Assembly: GCA_036744835.1 (NCBI GenBank)
Contig: DAIOHD010000001.1
Span: 736,064 to 800,063, forward strand
DNA: 64,000 nucleotides
Source: Candidatus Magasanikiibacteriota bacterium
Lineage (GTDB): Bacteria; Patescibacteriota; Patescibacteriia; Magasanikbacterales; GWA2-37-8
Direction of reading: 5' to 3'
The notes beneath the pieces were generated by a model, which worked only from the letters and a program-made list of their open reading frames with translations, made no database searches and had not been told where the DNA came from. How positions within the stretch are numbered: the stretch's first letter is position 1; each line of letters opens with the position of its first letter. Shown here in pieces: positions 17,788 through 27,415 of the stretch. Made by a program: the position numbers and the translations under genes.

Positions 17788-19131
17788 ATGAAAAAAATAA
17801 TTTTATTTTTATTTTTTATAATTTTATTATCCAAACCAACTATAGTTTCTGGTGCTGGCGGAGCTATTTATCAATGTCGCTGTAACGCAAAAGAAGTTGT
17901 TGTAAATTCTGCTGGAATAAGTCAAATGATAAATCTACTAGGTATAACTTTCAAAATGGATGACATAGAAAACCAAAGTATTCTGGGTTGTACTAAAAAA
18001 TTTGTAGAAGAACACCCAAAGGCAATGGACATATCATGTGTTTATGAACCGCTTTTGGAAATGACCGAACTTTCAGATGAATTTAAATTACAAGCGCCTG
18101 ACCTAAAAGTAAGAATACCTGGATTTGACAAATTTAGCGATCCCCCTACCCAATGGGACAAAGAAGGAAACGTTTATCTGCCTTGGATTGGAGAATATAT
18201 TCAAGCTATTTATAATTTTGGTTTAGTTGCTATCAGTATTTTAGCAGTTTTGATGATTATTGTTTCCGGTATCAAAGTGATGATGTCCGGTCTCGGAGGA
18301 GAGAAAAAAGAAGCTTACAAACGTATTGCTCAAGCGGTTATCGGTTTGGCTTTAGCCTGGAGCTCTTATACGATTCTTTTTATTATCAATCCTAATTTAT
18401 TAAAATTAAAAAGTTTGCAAATTCAATTGGTGCAACCGATAGATATCCCCGACGATTATATGCCGGAAATTCCAGACTCTCCCGCCGATGTGCCACCACA
18501 TGATTTAGTTTCTCTTGATGGTTATAATAAATTTCTTGTAACTAATGCTACTAATGAAGCTTTTAAAAAAGTAAAAGAAGAACTCAAAAAAATAGGCGAA
18601 ATCGGCGTTAATAGTGCTTATCGCGGGCCGGGAGAACAATATTCTTTAATGGTTAAACTTTGTGGTTGTCCTAATCCCCCACCACAAAATGCAGTAAAAT
18701 CTGACTGGGAAAAACTTTGTACAAATTATAAAGGGTGCAATGTAGCAATGGTGGTAGAAATAAAAAACGGAATTATGCAAGCGCCGAAAGTATCTCATTT
18801 TTCCGGCCAAGCCCTAGATGCACAAATGTCAAATAAACCCACTACTATACCTTGTAGCGATAGTAGCGACCCCAATATTGTTCTAAGTGATGGGGTGGCT
18901 AAATTTACAAGAGATGGCAATACGTGGAATGTGGGGTATTGCATTTCAAAAGAACAACAACTACTGATAAAAGCCATGTTAAACAACGGTTTCTGTGTTT
19001 TACTTGGAAATTCTAAAAATCTTCGTGAATCTTGGCATTTTCAATATCAAATCTTTAATGATAATTGTGTAGGTAAAGATCATGCTAATATTAAAAAACT
19101 TTATTACGTTCAAAATGACGAAGAAAAATAA
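17788..19131 (+). CDS. secreted fusion protein: Cys-rich T4SS-pilin-like domain (VirB2/TrbC-like hydrophobic hairpin) plus C-terminal M15 (VanY-type) zinc D,D-carboxypeptidase / peptidoglycan hydrolase domain
   Basis: Signal peptide MKKIILFLFFIILLSKPTIVSG. Hairpin AIYNFGLVAISILAVLMIIVSGIKVMMSGLGG..AVIGLALAWSSYTILFIINP. LAS-peptidase motifs SAYRGPGEQ, VSHFSGQALD (SxHxxGxAxD) and ESWH (ExxH). Confidence 0.7.
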   Translation: MKKIILFLFFIILLSKPTIVSGAGGAIYQCRCNAKEVVVNSAGISQMINLLGITFKMDDIENQSILGCTKKFVEEHPKAMDISCVYEPLLEMTELSDEFKLQAPDLKVRIPGFDKFSDPPTQWDKEGNVYLPWIGEYIQAIYNFGLVAISILAVLMIIVSGIKVMMSGLGGEKKEAYKRIAQAVIGLALAWSSYTILFIINPNLLKLKSLQIQLVQPIDIPDDYMPEIPDSPADVPPHDLVSLDGYNKFLVTNATNEAFKKVKEELKKIGEIGVNSAYRGPGEQYSLMVKLCGCPNPPPQNAVKSDWEKLCTNYKGCNVAMVVEIKNGIMQAPKVSHFSGQALDAQMSNKPTTIPCSDSSDPNIVLSDGVAKFTRDGNTWNVGYCISKEQQLLIKAMLNNGFCVLLGNSKNLRESWHFQYQIFNDNCVGKDHANIKKLYYVQNDEEK

Positions 19132-20458
19132 TATTTTTATTTGCTCCAACTGTGGCGCGCAATTCCAAAAATGGGTTGGGCGTTGTTTGGAGTGTGGAAA
19201 GTGGGGTACATTAGTTGAAAGTGAAAAGTTGAAAGTTGAAAGTACGGAAAAAGAAATAAAATATCCAACGATTAAAACTTACTCCTTAAACGAAATAAAA
19301 GGACAAGAAACTCAGAGATTACAAACTGGGATTGGTGAGATGAATAGAGTACTTGGTGGCGGATTGGTACCAGGAAGTTTTATTTTACTTGGTGGAGAAC
19401 CTGGAATTGGTAAAAGTACTATCGCCTTGCAACTAGCTAATGCAATAAAAAATACTATTTATGTTTCTGGCGAAGAATCTATTCAACAAATCAAAATGCG
19501 CGCCGAAAGATTGGGAATAAAAAACAATGACTTGATGTTAGCCAATGAAACTCACGTGGAAAAAATCATTGCCACGCTCAAAGAAAAAAAACCAACCCTT
19601 GCAATCATTGATTCCGCCCAAACTGTTTACTCAGCCGAGTCCGATGGTGAAGCTGGTGGTTTATCCCAAATTCGTGTATGTGCCACCAAAATCATGGAAG
19701 TGGCCAAAACTACTAATACAGCTATTGTTTTGGTTGGTCATGTCACCAAAGATGGTGAAGTGGCTGGGCCAAAAACCCTAGAACACTTAGTTGATACAGT
19801 GCTCTATCTTGAAGGAGACCGCCACCATTTTTATCGTATTTTACGCACAGTAAAAAATCGTTTTGGCAGCACAGACGAAGTCGGAGTTTTCAATATGGCA
19901 CAAAACGGATTAGAAGAAGTCAAAAATCCATCCGCTTCTTTTCTTTCCGAAAGACAAGAAAATTTATCCGGCAATGTTATTACATGTCTCATGGAAGGCA
20001 CTCGTCCAATACTAGTAGAAATTCAAGCTCTTGTCAGTAAAACAGCTTTTGGTTTTCCCGTACGTAAAGCTAGTGGGTTTGAATTAAACAGATTACATGT
20101 GCTAGTAGCAGTATTACAAAAACGTGCAGGCTTAAATCTAGAACAATACGATATTCATCTCAATGTAGTTGGTGGATTAAAAGCTGATGAACCAGCTGCT
20201 GATCTCGCTGCCGCCCTAGCTATTGCCTCTGCATATAAGGATAAACCTCTGGATTTTCGTCTAGCTTCGTTTGGAGAAGTCGGTCTCAACGGCGAAATTC
20301 GACCGGTCCCATTCATAGAAAAAAGAATTAAAGAATGCGAACAGCTCGGGATGAAAATGGTAATAACAAATTTAGGTGCAAAAGATAAAATAAAAACTTC
20401 GGAAAAAATAAAATTGTTTGAAATAAAAAATATTAAAGAGATAATAAAACACACTTAA
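19115..20458 (+). CDS. radA: DNA repair protein RadA (Sms)
   Basis: N-terminal C4 zinc finger CSNCGAQFQKWVGRCLECGKW, RecA-like Walker A GEPGIGKST, KNRFG motif, Lon-like C-terminus. Start placed at MTKKNN (ORF track begins 19082). Confidence 0.9.
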   Translation: MTKKNNIFICSNCGAQFQKWVGRCLECGKWGTLVESEKLKVESTEKEIKYPTIKTYSLNEIKGQETQRLQTGIGEMNRVLGGGLVPGSFILLGGEPGIGKSTIALQLANAIKNTIYVSGEESIQQIKMRAERLGIKNNDLMLANETHVEKIIATLKEKKPTLAIIDSAQTVYSAESDGEAGGLSQIRVCATKIMEVAKTTNTAIVLVGHVTKDGEVAGPKTLEHLVDTVLYLEGDRHHFYRILRTVKNRFGSTDEVGVFNMAQNGLEEVKNPSASFLSERQENLSGNVITCLMEGTRPILVEIQALVSKTAFGFPVRKASGFELNRLHVLVAVLQKRAGLNLEQYDIHLNVVGGLKADEPAADLAAALAIASAYKDKPLDFRLASFGEVGLNGEIRPVPFIEKRIKECEQLGMKMVITNLGAKDKIKTSEKIKLFEIKNIKEIIKHT

Positions 20459-20488
20459 AAAAATCCGCCAAAAGCGGATTTTTTTTAA
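20458..20488. terminator. bidirectional terminator between convergent radA and recG (aaatccgc-caaaa-gcggattt + T8)
   Basis: 8-bp stem, T-run on plus strand, A-run on minus-strand side. Confidence 0.6.
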
Positions 20489-20584
20489 ACTCAAAAGTCA
20501 AAACTTCGGTGTCCCGATTAAATCGGGACGATTTTTATTATAAATATTGCGAAGCGATACAATAGTTTTGAGATTTGAGATTTA
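20487..20584. repeat. MITE-like element copy C
   Basis: aaactcaaaagtcaaaacttcggtgtcccgattaaatcgggacg...gcgaagcgatacaatagttttgagatttgagattta; homologous to 7847-7962. Confidence 0.6.
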
Positions 20585-22705
20585 TTCTAGATGTACACTC
20601 TTCTCCCAAGCCCCAAACTTCGCTTTTATCGTAGGATATTTCTCAAATTCAACAGCTATTTCTTTCGCCGCTTCACGAGCTTTTTTTATCAAAACTTGAT
20701 CAGTCAATTTTGCTAATCTCAAATTTTCTTCTCCACTTTGCACCGTGCCATAAACATCGCCTGGTCCCCTAATTTCTAAATCCTTTTCCGCCAATTTGAA
20801 GCCGTCATTTTCTTTTTCAAAATATTTCAAACGCTCAGATGATTTTTGTGCTTGTTTTTGTGGAAACAAAAAACAATATGACTGATATTCGCTTCTACCT
20901 ACCCGACCACGAAATTGATGCAATTGTGCCAACCCAAACCTTTCAGCGCCTTCAATCATCATCACACTGGCATTTGGGATGTCCACCCCGACTTCAACTA
21001 CGGACGTAGAAACCAAAATATCAATTTCTTTATCTTTAAATTTTTTCATTACTAAATCTTTTTCTTCACTTTTCATTTTTCCATGTAAATATCCGACTTT
21101 CAGATTAGGGAAAATATTTTTACTAAGTTTTTCATATTCACTCATCACACTTTTCTTTTCCAAAGACACATTCCAACTCGGCTGATAGCCGTTTATTTCA
21201 ATACCATTTTCTTCTTCTGCGCCTTTGGCAGACTTTTCTTCTATCAATGGACAAATCACAAAAACTTGTCTCCCCTGCTTTACTTGGGAACCAATAAACT
21301 CATACGCTTTTTGACGATTATGTTCTTCTACCAAACGAGTCATTATTTTTTTTCTCCCCAACGGCATTTGTGAAATAATAGAGATGTCCAAATCACCATA
21401 GATCATCAAAGCATATGACCGGGGAATTGGTGTAGCCGTCATACTCAAAAAATGTGTGTGCTCGCCTTTTTCTTTTATCAATTTTCTCTGATTTACACCG
21501 AAACGATGTTGTTCATCCACTACTACCATGCCAAGTTTGGAAAAATTTACTTTATCACCAAGCAGGGCGTGAGTACCGATGATTATATCTACTTCTCCAT
21601 TTTTAATTTTATCCAAAACTTCTTTTTTTTGTTTAGCTTTTACATCACTAGAATATTCAGTATTCAATATCCAATATTTATTATTAGTCAAAATAGCTAT
21701 TCTAACTTTATTTCCTAGTAAGCCACACAATGTATTATAGTGCTGTAGAGCAAGTATCTCCGTTGGTGCCATCAAAACACCCTGGAAGCCGTTTAAAACA
21801 ACATTTAACAGGCAAATACCGGCCACTATAGTCTTGCCCGAACCTACATCACCAGAAAGTAACCTGTTCATCGGTATTCCCTTTTGTAAATCCTGCAAAA
21901 TCTCCCAAGCTGATCTTTTTTGTGTGTCGGTTAATTTATATGGCAAACTTGCAACAAAATTTTTTATTTCTGACTCAAAAAATTTCATGGCTGGAGCAAT
22001 TTCTCTGATACGATTGGCACGAGTGATTTCTGATTTTAGTTGCAATAATAATAATTCGTTGAATTTCAAACGATCCGTACTTTGTTTGAGATCAATGTCG
22101 TCTTTGGGAAAATGGATTCCACGCAAAGAATCTTTCAGTGGCGCTAAATCAAAACTATCCAAAATTTTTTCTGGTAACCAATCTTTCATTTTTTCTGTGA
22201 CAGGTAATGCTTGCTCTATCAAAAATCGCATCTGTTTTTGCGTTATCCCGTGAGTTAACGGATACATCGGCACCATCCGCGCGGTGTGTGTTTGAATATT
22301 TTTATTTTTTTCATAATAGGGGCTGTTCATTTTCACCCCAAACATATCATCGCTAATTTTTCCGGAAAGATAAATCTGATCACCGGTTTGTAAATTTTTG
22401 GCAATGAAGGGCTGATTAAACCAAATGGACCGAAACGATCCACTGTCGTCACTCAGCATCGCTTCGGTAATATTTTTTCCACGCCGTCTACTTCTTTTGC
22501 TATTGATAAATTCCACTCGAGCCAAAACCGTAGCTGTCATTCCAGGCTTCAATTCGGATATTTTGTACACTTGGCGATAATCTTCATAGCGGAAAGGAAA
22601 GTATGACAACAACTCCCCGATATTTTTGATATTGAGACGTTTGAGATGGCTGGCGGTCTTTTTCCCGACTTTATTAAGTTGTGAAACAGGGGTGGATAAA
22701 AACAT
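20582..22705 (-). CDS. recG: ATP-dependent DNA helicase RecG
   Basis: Wedge/OB N-terminus, helicase motifs GDVGSGKT, DEQHRFG, TATPIPR, QLHQFRGRVGR. Start placed at internal MFLSTPV (ORF track extends to 22774). Confidence 0.9.
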   Translation of the reverse strand: MFLSTPVSQLNKVGKKTASHLKRLNIKNIGELLSYFPFRYEDYRQVYKISELKPGMTATVLARVEFINSKRSRRRGKNITEAMLSDDSGSFRSIWFNQPFIAKNLQTGDQIYLSGKISDDMFGVKMNSPYYEKNKNIQTHTARMVPMYPLTHGITQKQMRFLIEQALPVTEKMKDWLPEKILDSFDLAPLKDSLRGIHFPKDDIDLKQSTDRLKFNELLLLQLKSEITRANRIREIAPAMKFFESEIKNFVASLPYKLTDTQKRSAWEILQDLQKGIPMNRLLSGDVGSGKTIVAGICLLNVVLNGFQGVLMAPTEILALQHYNTLCGLLGNKVRIAILTNNKYWILNTEYSSDVKAKQKKEVLDKIKNGEVDIIIGTHALLGDKVNFSKLGMVVVDEQHRFGVNQRKLIKEKGEHTHFLSMTATPIPRSYALMIYGDLDISIISQMPLGRKKIMTRLVEEHNRQKAYEFIGSQVKQGRQVFVICPLIEEKSAKGAEEENGIEINGYQPSWNVSLEKKSVMSEYEKLSKNIFPNLKVGYLHGKMKSEEKDLVMKKFKDKEIDILVSTSVVEVGVDIPNASVMMIEGAERFGLAQLHQFRGRVGRSEYQSYCFLFPQKQAQKSSERLKYFEKENDGFKLAEKDLEIRGPGDVYGTVQSGEENLRLAKLTDQVLIKKAREAAKEIAVEFEKYPTIKAKFGAWEKSVHLE

Positions 22706-22813
22706 AATTAATGCTAATATTATAGCATAAAAAACTGAAATAAAAAGTTCGATTCCTACCGATACAATACACATAATTAAAATACTGCCCTTGTGGGCAG
22801 TATTTTAATTATG

Positions 22814-22885
22814 TGATCTCGCTAGGAATCGAACCTAGATTGCAAGCTCCGCAAGCTTGCGTCCTATCCGTTGAACGACGAGACC
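22814..22885 (-). tRNA. tRNA-Arg, anticodon GCG as read (72 nt, 4-nt variable loop, no encoded CCA)
   Basis: Manual cloverleaf on reverse complement: acceptor ggtctcg/cgagatc, D gttc-aacggata-ggac, anticodon arm caagc-ttGCGga-gcttg, T ctagg-ttcgatt-cctag. Anticodon call depends on this fold. Confidence 0.6.
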
Positions 22886-22894
22886 GATATTATT

Positions 22895-22935
22895 TTAAAA
22901 ATTGACGCTTTAAAGCATCAATTTTTTAAAGCTGG
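22895..22935. terminator. weak/imperfect hairpin (attgacgcttt/aaagcatcaat) with flanking A and T runs between tRNA-Arg and the 22953-23459 gene
   Basis: One mismatch in 11-bp stem. Confidence 0.3.
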
Positions 22936-22952
22936 TATACTGTAGCACATTT

Positions 22953-23459
22953 TTAATGTAATTTCAAGAGGCGACCCATTTTATCAGAAAACGGTTCGTC
23001 TTCTTCTTCTAAATTTTCTGTTACAAATTGACTAAGATATTCATGAACAGGTCGAGGATCAATATCTCCAAGCGGCACACTAACACGATGTTTGATAACA
23101 TTTTTTAATCCAAAGTACAAAACTTTTACTTCAGGCGGATTATAAATAATCCAAAAATCATTTAATTCACTAAAACGATAGTATTTATCGCCAATGATAA
23201 TACCTGTTTGCACGATAGCAAAAGGCATTTCAATCGGTTCATTTTTATCCTGCAAAAAAATAATAATTGAAAACAAAACTAAAATTATAGCAAATAAATA
23301 ATTTTGCGATAAAATCGCATAAACCAACATGGTCAAACCAACAATACTCATTATCCAATACCAGCGCAAAGTTCTCTCATGTTTTTCATATTCTTTAAAA
23401 GACCATGAAAAAATAATTTCTCCAAAATTAACTTGTTCTTTTGTTAAATCTTGTGGCAT
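22953..23459 (-). CDS. hypothetical membrane protein (two TM segments near N-terminus)
   Basis: WYWIMSIVGLTMLVYAILSQNYLFAIILVLFSIIIFL hydrophobic hairpin; no recognised domain. Confidence 0.45.
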   Translation of the reverse strand: MPQDLTKEQVNFGEIIFSWSFKEYEKHERTLRWYWIMSIVGLTMLVYAILSQNYLFAIILVLFSIIIFLQDKNEPIEMPFAIVQTGIIIGDKYYRFSELNDFWIIYNPPEVKVLYFGLKNVIKHRVSVPLGDIDPRPVHEYLSQFVTENLEEEDEPFSDKMGRLLKLH

Positions 23460-23471
23460 ATTAATATATTA

Positions 23472-23548
23472 TGGTGGACTCAAGAGGGCTCGAACCTCTG
23501 ACCTTACGGATGTGAACCGTACGCTCTAACCAACTGAGCTATGAATCC
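23472..23548 (-). tRNA. tRNA-Val, anticodon CAC as read (CCA encoded)
   Basis: Reverse complement ggattcatagctcagttggttagagcgtacggttCACatccgtaaggtcagaggttcgagccctcttgagtccacca folds as canonical cloverleaf. Confidence 0.7.
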
Positions 23549-23652
23549 TATTTTGCTCCTCTGGTTATATAAACAAAAACTTCCCTCTTGCTCTAATTTT
23601 AACACACCACTAAAAAGTTATCAATAGACTATTTGGTCTAATCTTATAGAGA

Positions 23653-23681
23653 TTGAATTTTAAAAATTACTATGTTATAAT
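23653..23681 (+). promoter_or_regulatory. sigma70-type promoter for the LCP gene: TTGAAT-17 bp-TATAAT
   Basis: -35 at 23653-23658, -10 at 23676-23681, 9 nt before the ATG at 23691. Confidence 0.5.
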
Positions 23682-23690
23682 CTTTTTCGT

Positions 23691-25289
23691 ATGGAAAGTA
23701 AAGAAAAAAAGCCAATTTTAGAGGATAAATACCCAGCTGAAAAAAGTTCTGATGATGAAAAAAGAATCAATGATTTTGATTTAAAAAAACCTCTAAAACA
23801 TAAGTGGTTTTGGTATGTTTTATCCGGACTATTGTTAATATTCCTGTCTTTTTTGACTTACCAAAATATTCAGGCTGCCAAAAATGGCAGTTTACAAATA
23901 CTGGAACCTAAAAAATTCGGTATTTTTAATACTGTTAAAAATTTTCTTTTTCATTCTGACAACATGCTAGAGGGGCAAAGAGATGACAGAATAAATATTT
24001 TATTACTTGGAATCGGTGGCCCTGGACACGATGGCCCCTATCTCTCCGACACCAACATTATTGCTAGTATAAAACCTAGTACCAAAGAAGTAGCAATGAT
24101 TTCTATCCCCCGTGATTTAGGAGTAAAGATAGGTGACAAAGGAGTAAATAAAATAAACTTTGCCAGTGCCTGGGGGGAAATAGAAAATCCCGGTCAAGGA
24201 GGTGAATATGCTCGTCAAATTTTTGAAAAAACTTTCAATTTAGACATTCCTTATTATGTAAGGTTGGATTTTAAAGCTTTTGAAGAAATCATAAATCTAG
24301 TTGGCGGAATAGAAGTTGAAATAAAAAATTCATTCATAGACCAAGCTTATCCCGGTCCAAATTACTCCTATCAAACAGTACAATTTGAAAAAGGTCTAGA
24401 ATTGATGGGTGGTTCACGTGCTTTAATTTACGCTCGTTCTCGTCATGGCACCAACGGAGAAAACTCTGATTTTGCTCGTTCTCGTAGACAGCAACAAATT
24501 ATGTCCTTGCTAAAAGATAAATTACTTTCTTTTGAAACTTATAGTAATCCTATAAAAATAAAAGAAATTTTAGAATCATTGTCTAAAAATATCAGCACCA
24601 ATCTCAATATCAGCCAAATTATTTATTTGGGCAATTTGGTACGCAACACTAAACAAGAAGAGATTAAAAATTTAGTTTTGGATAGTGGAGAAAATGGTTT
24701 TACCGTTCCTTATATTGGAAACGGGGGCGCTTTTATGCTTGCTCCTCGCGGAGGAAAACTAGATTATATCAACTATGCAATCACTAAAATTTTTGACAAT
24801 ATTACTACAACACCAAACTGGACTATGGTAATAAACGATGAATCTGTTTATCAATTTACTACGGAAAAAAACAGCGTTTCTTCAACAGATAAAAAACAAA
24901 CAATTCCTATCTGGCCAAATGTAAGAATAGAAATATTTAATGGAACCTGGCGTGGAGGTCTGGCTTCCCGCTATCAAAGCAAACTAAGCGATAATGGTTT
25001 TAATATTATATCTATCGGCAACGCAGAGGATAGACCTACAGAAAAAACTACAATTTATCTTATTAATAAAAACATTCAAGAAGAAATTATTCTTGCTTTA
25101 AACAAAGAAGTGCCGGGAAAAATTATTTCTTCTACTCCAGATTGGTATTTATCTAAATTTTCTCTTACTACCAATACCCTACCCAACAACTACGCCGGTC
25201 TAGAAGATGAAGAAATCGAACAAGAAATATTGACAAATCCGCTCATTTCTGATATAATTATCGTTCTTGGCACGGATGCAAAAGAATAA
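23691..25289 (+). CDS. LytR-CpsA-Psr (LCP) family cell-envelope phosphotransferase with C-terminal LytR_C-like domain
   Basis: N-terminal TM, LCP core LLLGIGGPGHDGPYLSDTNIIASIKP...MISIPRDL...INFASAWG. Confidence 0.85.
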   Translation: MESKEKKPILEDKYPAEKSSDDEKRINDFDLKKPLKHKWFWYVLSGLLLIFLSFLTYQNIQAAKNGSLQILEPKKFGIFNTVKNFLFHSDNMLEGQRDDRINILLLGIGGPGHDGPYLSDTNIIASIKPSTKEVAMISIPRDLGVKIGDKGVNKINFASAWGEIENPGQGGEYARQIFEKTFNLDIPYYVRLDFKAFEEIINLVGGIEVEIKNSFIDQAYPGPNYSYQTVQFEKGLELMGGSRALIYARSRHGTNGENSDFARSRRQQQIMSLLKDKLLSFETYSNPIKIKEILESLSKNISTNLNISQIIYLGNLVRNTKQEEIKNLVLDSGENGFTVPYIGNGGAFMLAPRGGKLDYINYAITKIFDNITTTPNWTMVINDESVYQFTTEKNSVSSTDKKQTIPIWPNVRIEIFNGTWRGGLASRYQSKLSDNGFNIISIGNAEDRPTEKTTIYLINKNIQEEIILALNKEVPGKIISSTPDWYLSKFSLTTNTLPNNYAGLEDEEIEQEILTNPLISDIIIVLGTDAKE

Positions 25290-25339
25290 ACTAGACTTCG
25301 GTCTTCAGACTACGGTCGCGCGAAATTAAAAATTAAAAA

Positions 25340-26725
25340 TTGAAAATTGGTCATATGTCTACTCCCGCAAAAATTGTTGAAACAAAATTACCTACCGTAG
25401 CTCTGGTTGGGAGAGTTAATGTTGGCAAATCGACTCTTTTTAACCGCCTTACCGAAAGTGCCCATGCTTTGGTTTCAGACATCCCCGGTACAACTCGCAC
25501 TCGTAATATCGGCCTGGTAACTTGGCGAGGAAAAAATTTTAGACTTATCGATACCGGAGGTTTAACATTTGATGAAAGCGTTCCTTTGGAAAAAGAAATT
25601 ATTGCCCAAACCGAAATAGCTTTAACAGAAGCTGATTTGGTAATTTTTGTTACCGATATTCAAGATGAACTCCTTCCACAAGAAAAAGAATTGGCCAAAT
25701 ATTTACGTCAACAACAAAAAAACAAAAAAGTTTTACTCCTTGCTAACAAAGCCGATACATCTTCTTTGAGAACACGTGTTTATGAAAAAGATTGGCTTAA
25801 ACTCGGACTTGGCGAACCAATTCCGGTATCCGCTAGTAACGGCAGTAATTTGGGTGATTTTTTAGATATTGTTTATAAAAATTTAAATACATCTAAACTT
25901 AGACCAAAAAAAGAAAAGGAGATTATACCTATCAAAGTAGCTCTCATTGGTAAACCCAATGTCGGTAAGTCTTCCCTTTTCAACAAACTAATAGGTGAAG
26001 ACAGAGTTATTGTTTCTCCAATGCCCCACACCACTCGCGAACCACACGACACATTGGTTGAATACGAAAAAACAAATTATTTATTTATTGATACCGCCGG
26101 TATTCGTCGTAAAACAAAGGTTACTGGTCAACTTGAAAAAATAGGTATTGGCAAAAGTTTAAGTACTGTCAACAAAGCTGATATTGTTTTATTTTTACTT
26201 GATGCCAGTCAGCCAATAACCGATCAGGATCAACAACTTGGTGGTTTCTTGAAAGAGCACACCAAAAGCGTGGTAATTGTAGTCAACAAATGGGATACAG
26301 CCGAAGCCAACGACGATGAATTTCGCAATCAAATAAAACAGGATATTTATCATAGTTTTCCACATTTAGACTACGCACCAATAATTTTTGTTTCCGCTTT
26401 AACTGGTTACCGAGCTCACCAAATATTCCCTCTTTTACAAGAAGTTTGGGCTGGAAGACAAATAATGGTGGACGAAAAAACTCTAAGTGTATTTTTGAAA
26501 AAAATAACTCGCAAACATCTACCTTCCAAAGGTAAGGGCGTTCGCCATCCAAAGATATTAAGCCTTAAACAAATCAACGCTAATCCACCAGTTTTTGAAC
26601 TAATGATAAAACAAAAAACTTCTCTACATATTTCTTACGTAAAATTTTTGAAAAACAGATTACGTGAAGAATATGGCTTTTTTGCCACTCCGATTATTAT
26701 CAAGTTGTCTAAATTCAAACAATAA
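25340..26725 (+). CDS. der: ribosome biogenesis GTPase Der (EngA), tandem GTPase domains plus KH-like domain
   Basis: Two G1 motifs GRVNVGKSTLFNRL and GKPNVGKSSLFNKL, DTGG/DTAG, NKAD/NKWD. Confidence 0.9.
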   Translation: MKIGHMSTPAKIVETKLPTVALVGRVNVGKSTLFNRLTESAHALVSDIPGTTRTRNIGLVTWRGKNFRLIDTGGLTFDESVPLEKEIIAQTEIALTEADLVIFVTDIQDELLPQEKELAKYLRQQQKNKKVLLLANKADTSSLRTRVYEKDWLKLGLGEPIPVSASNGSNLGDFLDIVYKNLNTSKLRPKKEKEIIPIKVALIGKPNVGKSSLFNKLIGEDRVIVSPMPHTTREPHDTLVEYEKTNYLFIDTAGIRRKTKVTGQLEKIGIGKSLSTVNKADIVLFLLDASQPITDQDQQLGGFLKEHTKSVVIVVNKWDTAEANDDEFRNQIKQDIYHSFPHLDYAPIIFVSALTGYRAHQIFPLLQEVWAGRQIMVDEKTLSVFLKKITRKHLPSKGKGVRHPKILSLKQINANPPVFELMIKQKTSLHISYVKFLKNRLREEYGFFATPIIIKLSKFKQ

Positions 26726-26762
26726 TTGCGTATATCGTATAAAGTATTTCGTATGTCGTATT

Positions 26763-26790
26763 TAAACCGCCAAAACTATGGTGGTTTTTA
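26763..26790 (+). terminator. terminator-like hairpin after der (aaccgcca-aaactat-ggtggtt with one G-U pair, then T5)
   Basis: Read directly; moderate stem. Confidence 0.35.
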
Positions 26791-26857
26791 TATATAAACT
26801 TGCTAATTTACATCCAGATACGATATACTATATACGCTATACTATATACAAATTTGT

Positions 26858-27385
26858 ATGAAATTAATTATCGGTCTAGGTAATCCAGGAAAAGAATACA
26901 CCAAAACCCGCCATAACGTTGGTTTTATGGTTATTGATGCACTCGCAAAAAATTTGGGGGCTGATTTTAAATTAAACAAAAAATTTCAAGCTGAGGTTGC
27001 GGTAATAAAAAATGGAAAAGAAGAAATTGTCTTGGCTAAACCACAAACTTTCATGAATCTGTCAGGAATTAGCACTCGCGCAATATTGGATTTTTATAAA
27101 ATTAAACCCAAAGATATTATTGTTATCCACGATGACAAAGATATATTATTTGGGCAAGTAAAATACCAAACCGACCGTAGTGCCGCTGGACACAATGGCA
27201 TCAAATCTATTATCGAACACCTAAAAACACAAGATTTTTCTCGTGTACGCATCGGCGTAGCTTGGAAAGATAGGGAGAAGATGGGAGACACTGCAAATTT
27301 TGTGCTGATGAACTTTACCAAAACTGAGCTGGAAGCGTTGGACGGAATAATCAAGGAAATAGTGAAAAAAATGGCACAAAATTAA
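26858..27385 (+). CDS. pth: peptidyl-tRNA hydrolase
   Basis: MKLIIGLGNPGKEYTKTRHNVGFMVID; HDD motif. Confidence 0.9.
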   Translation: MKLIIGLGNPGKEYTKTRHNVGFMVIDALAKNLGADFKLNKKFQAEVAVIKNGKEEIVLAKPQTFMNLSGISTRAILDFYKIKPKDIIVIHDDKDILFGQVKYQTDRSAAGHNGIKSIIEHLKTQDFSRVRIGVAWKDREKMGDTANFVLMNFTKTELEALDGIIKEIVKKMAQN

Positions 27386-27415
27386 ATTTTCAATTAAAAA
27401 TTAAAAATTGTCACT

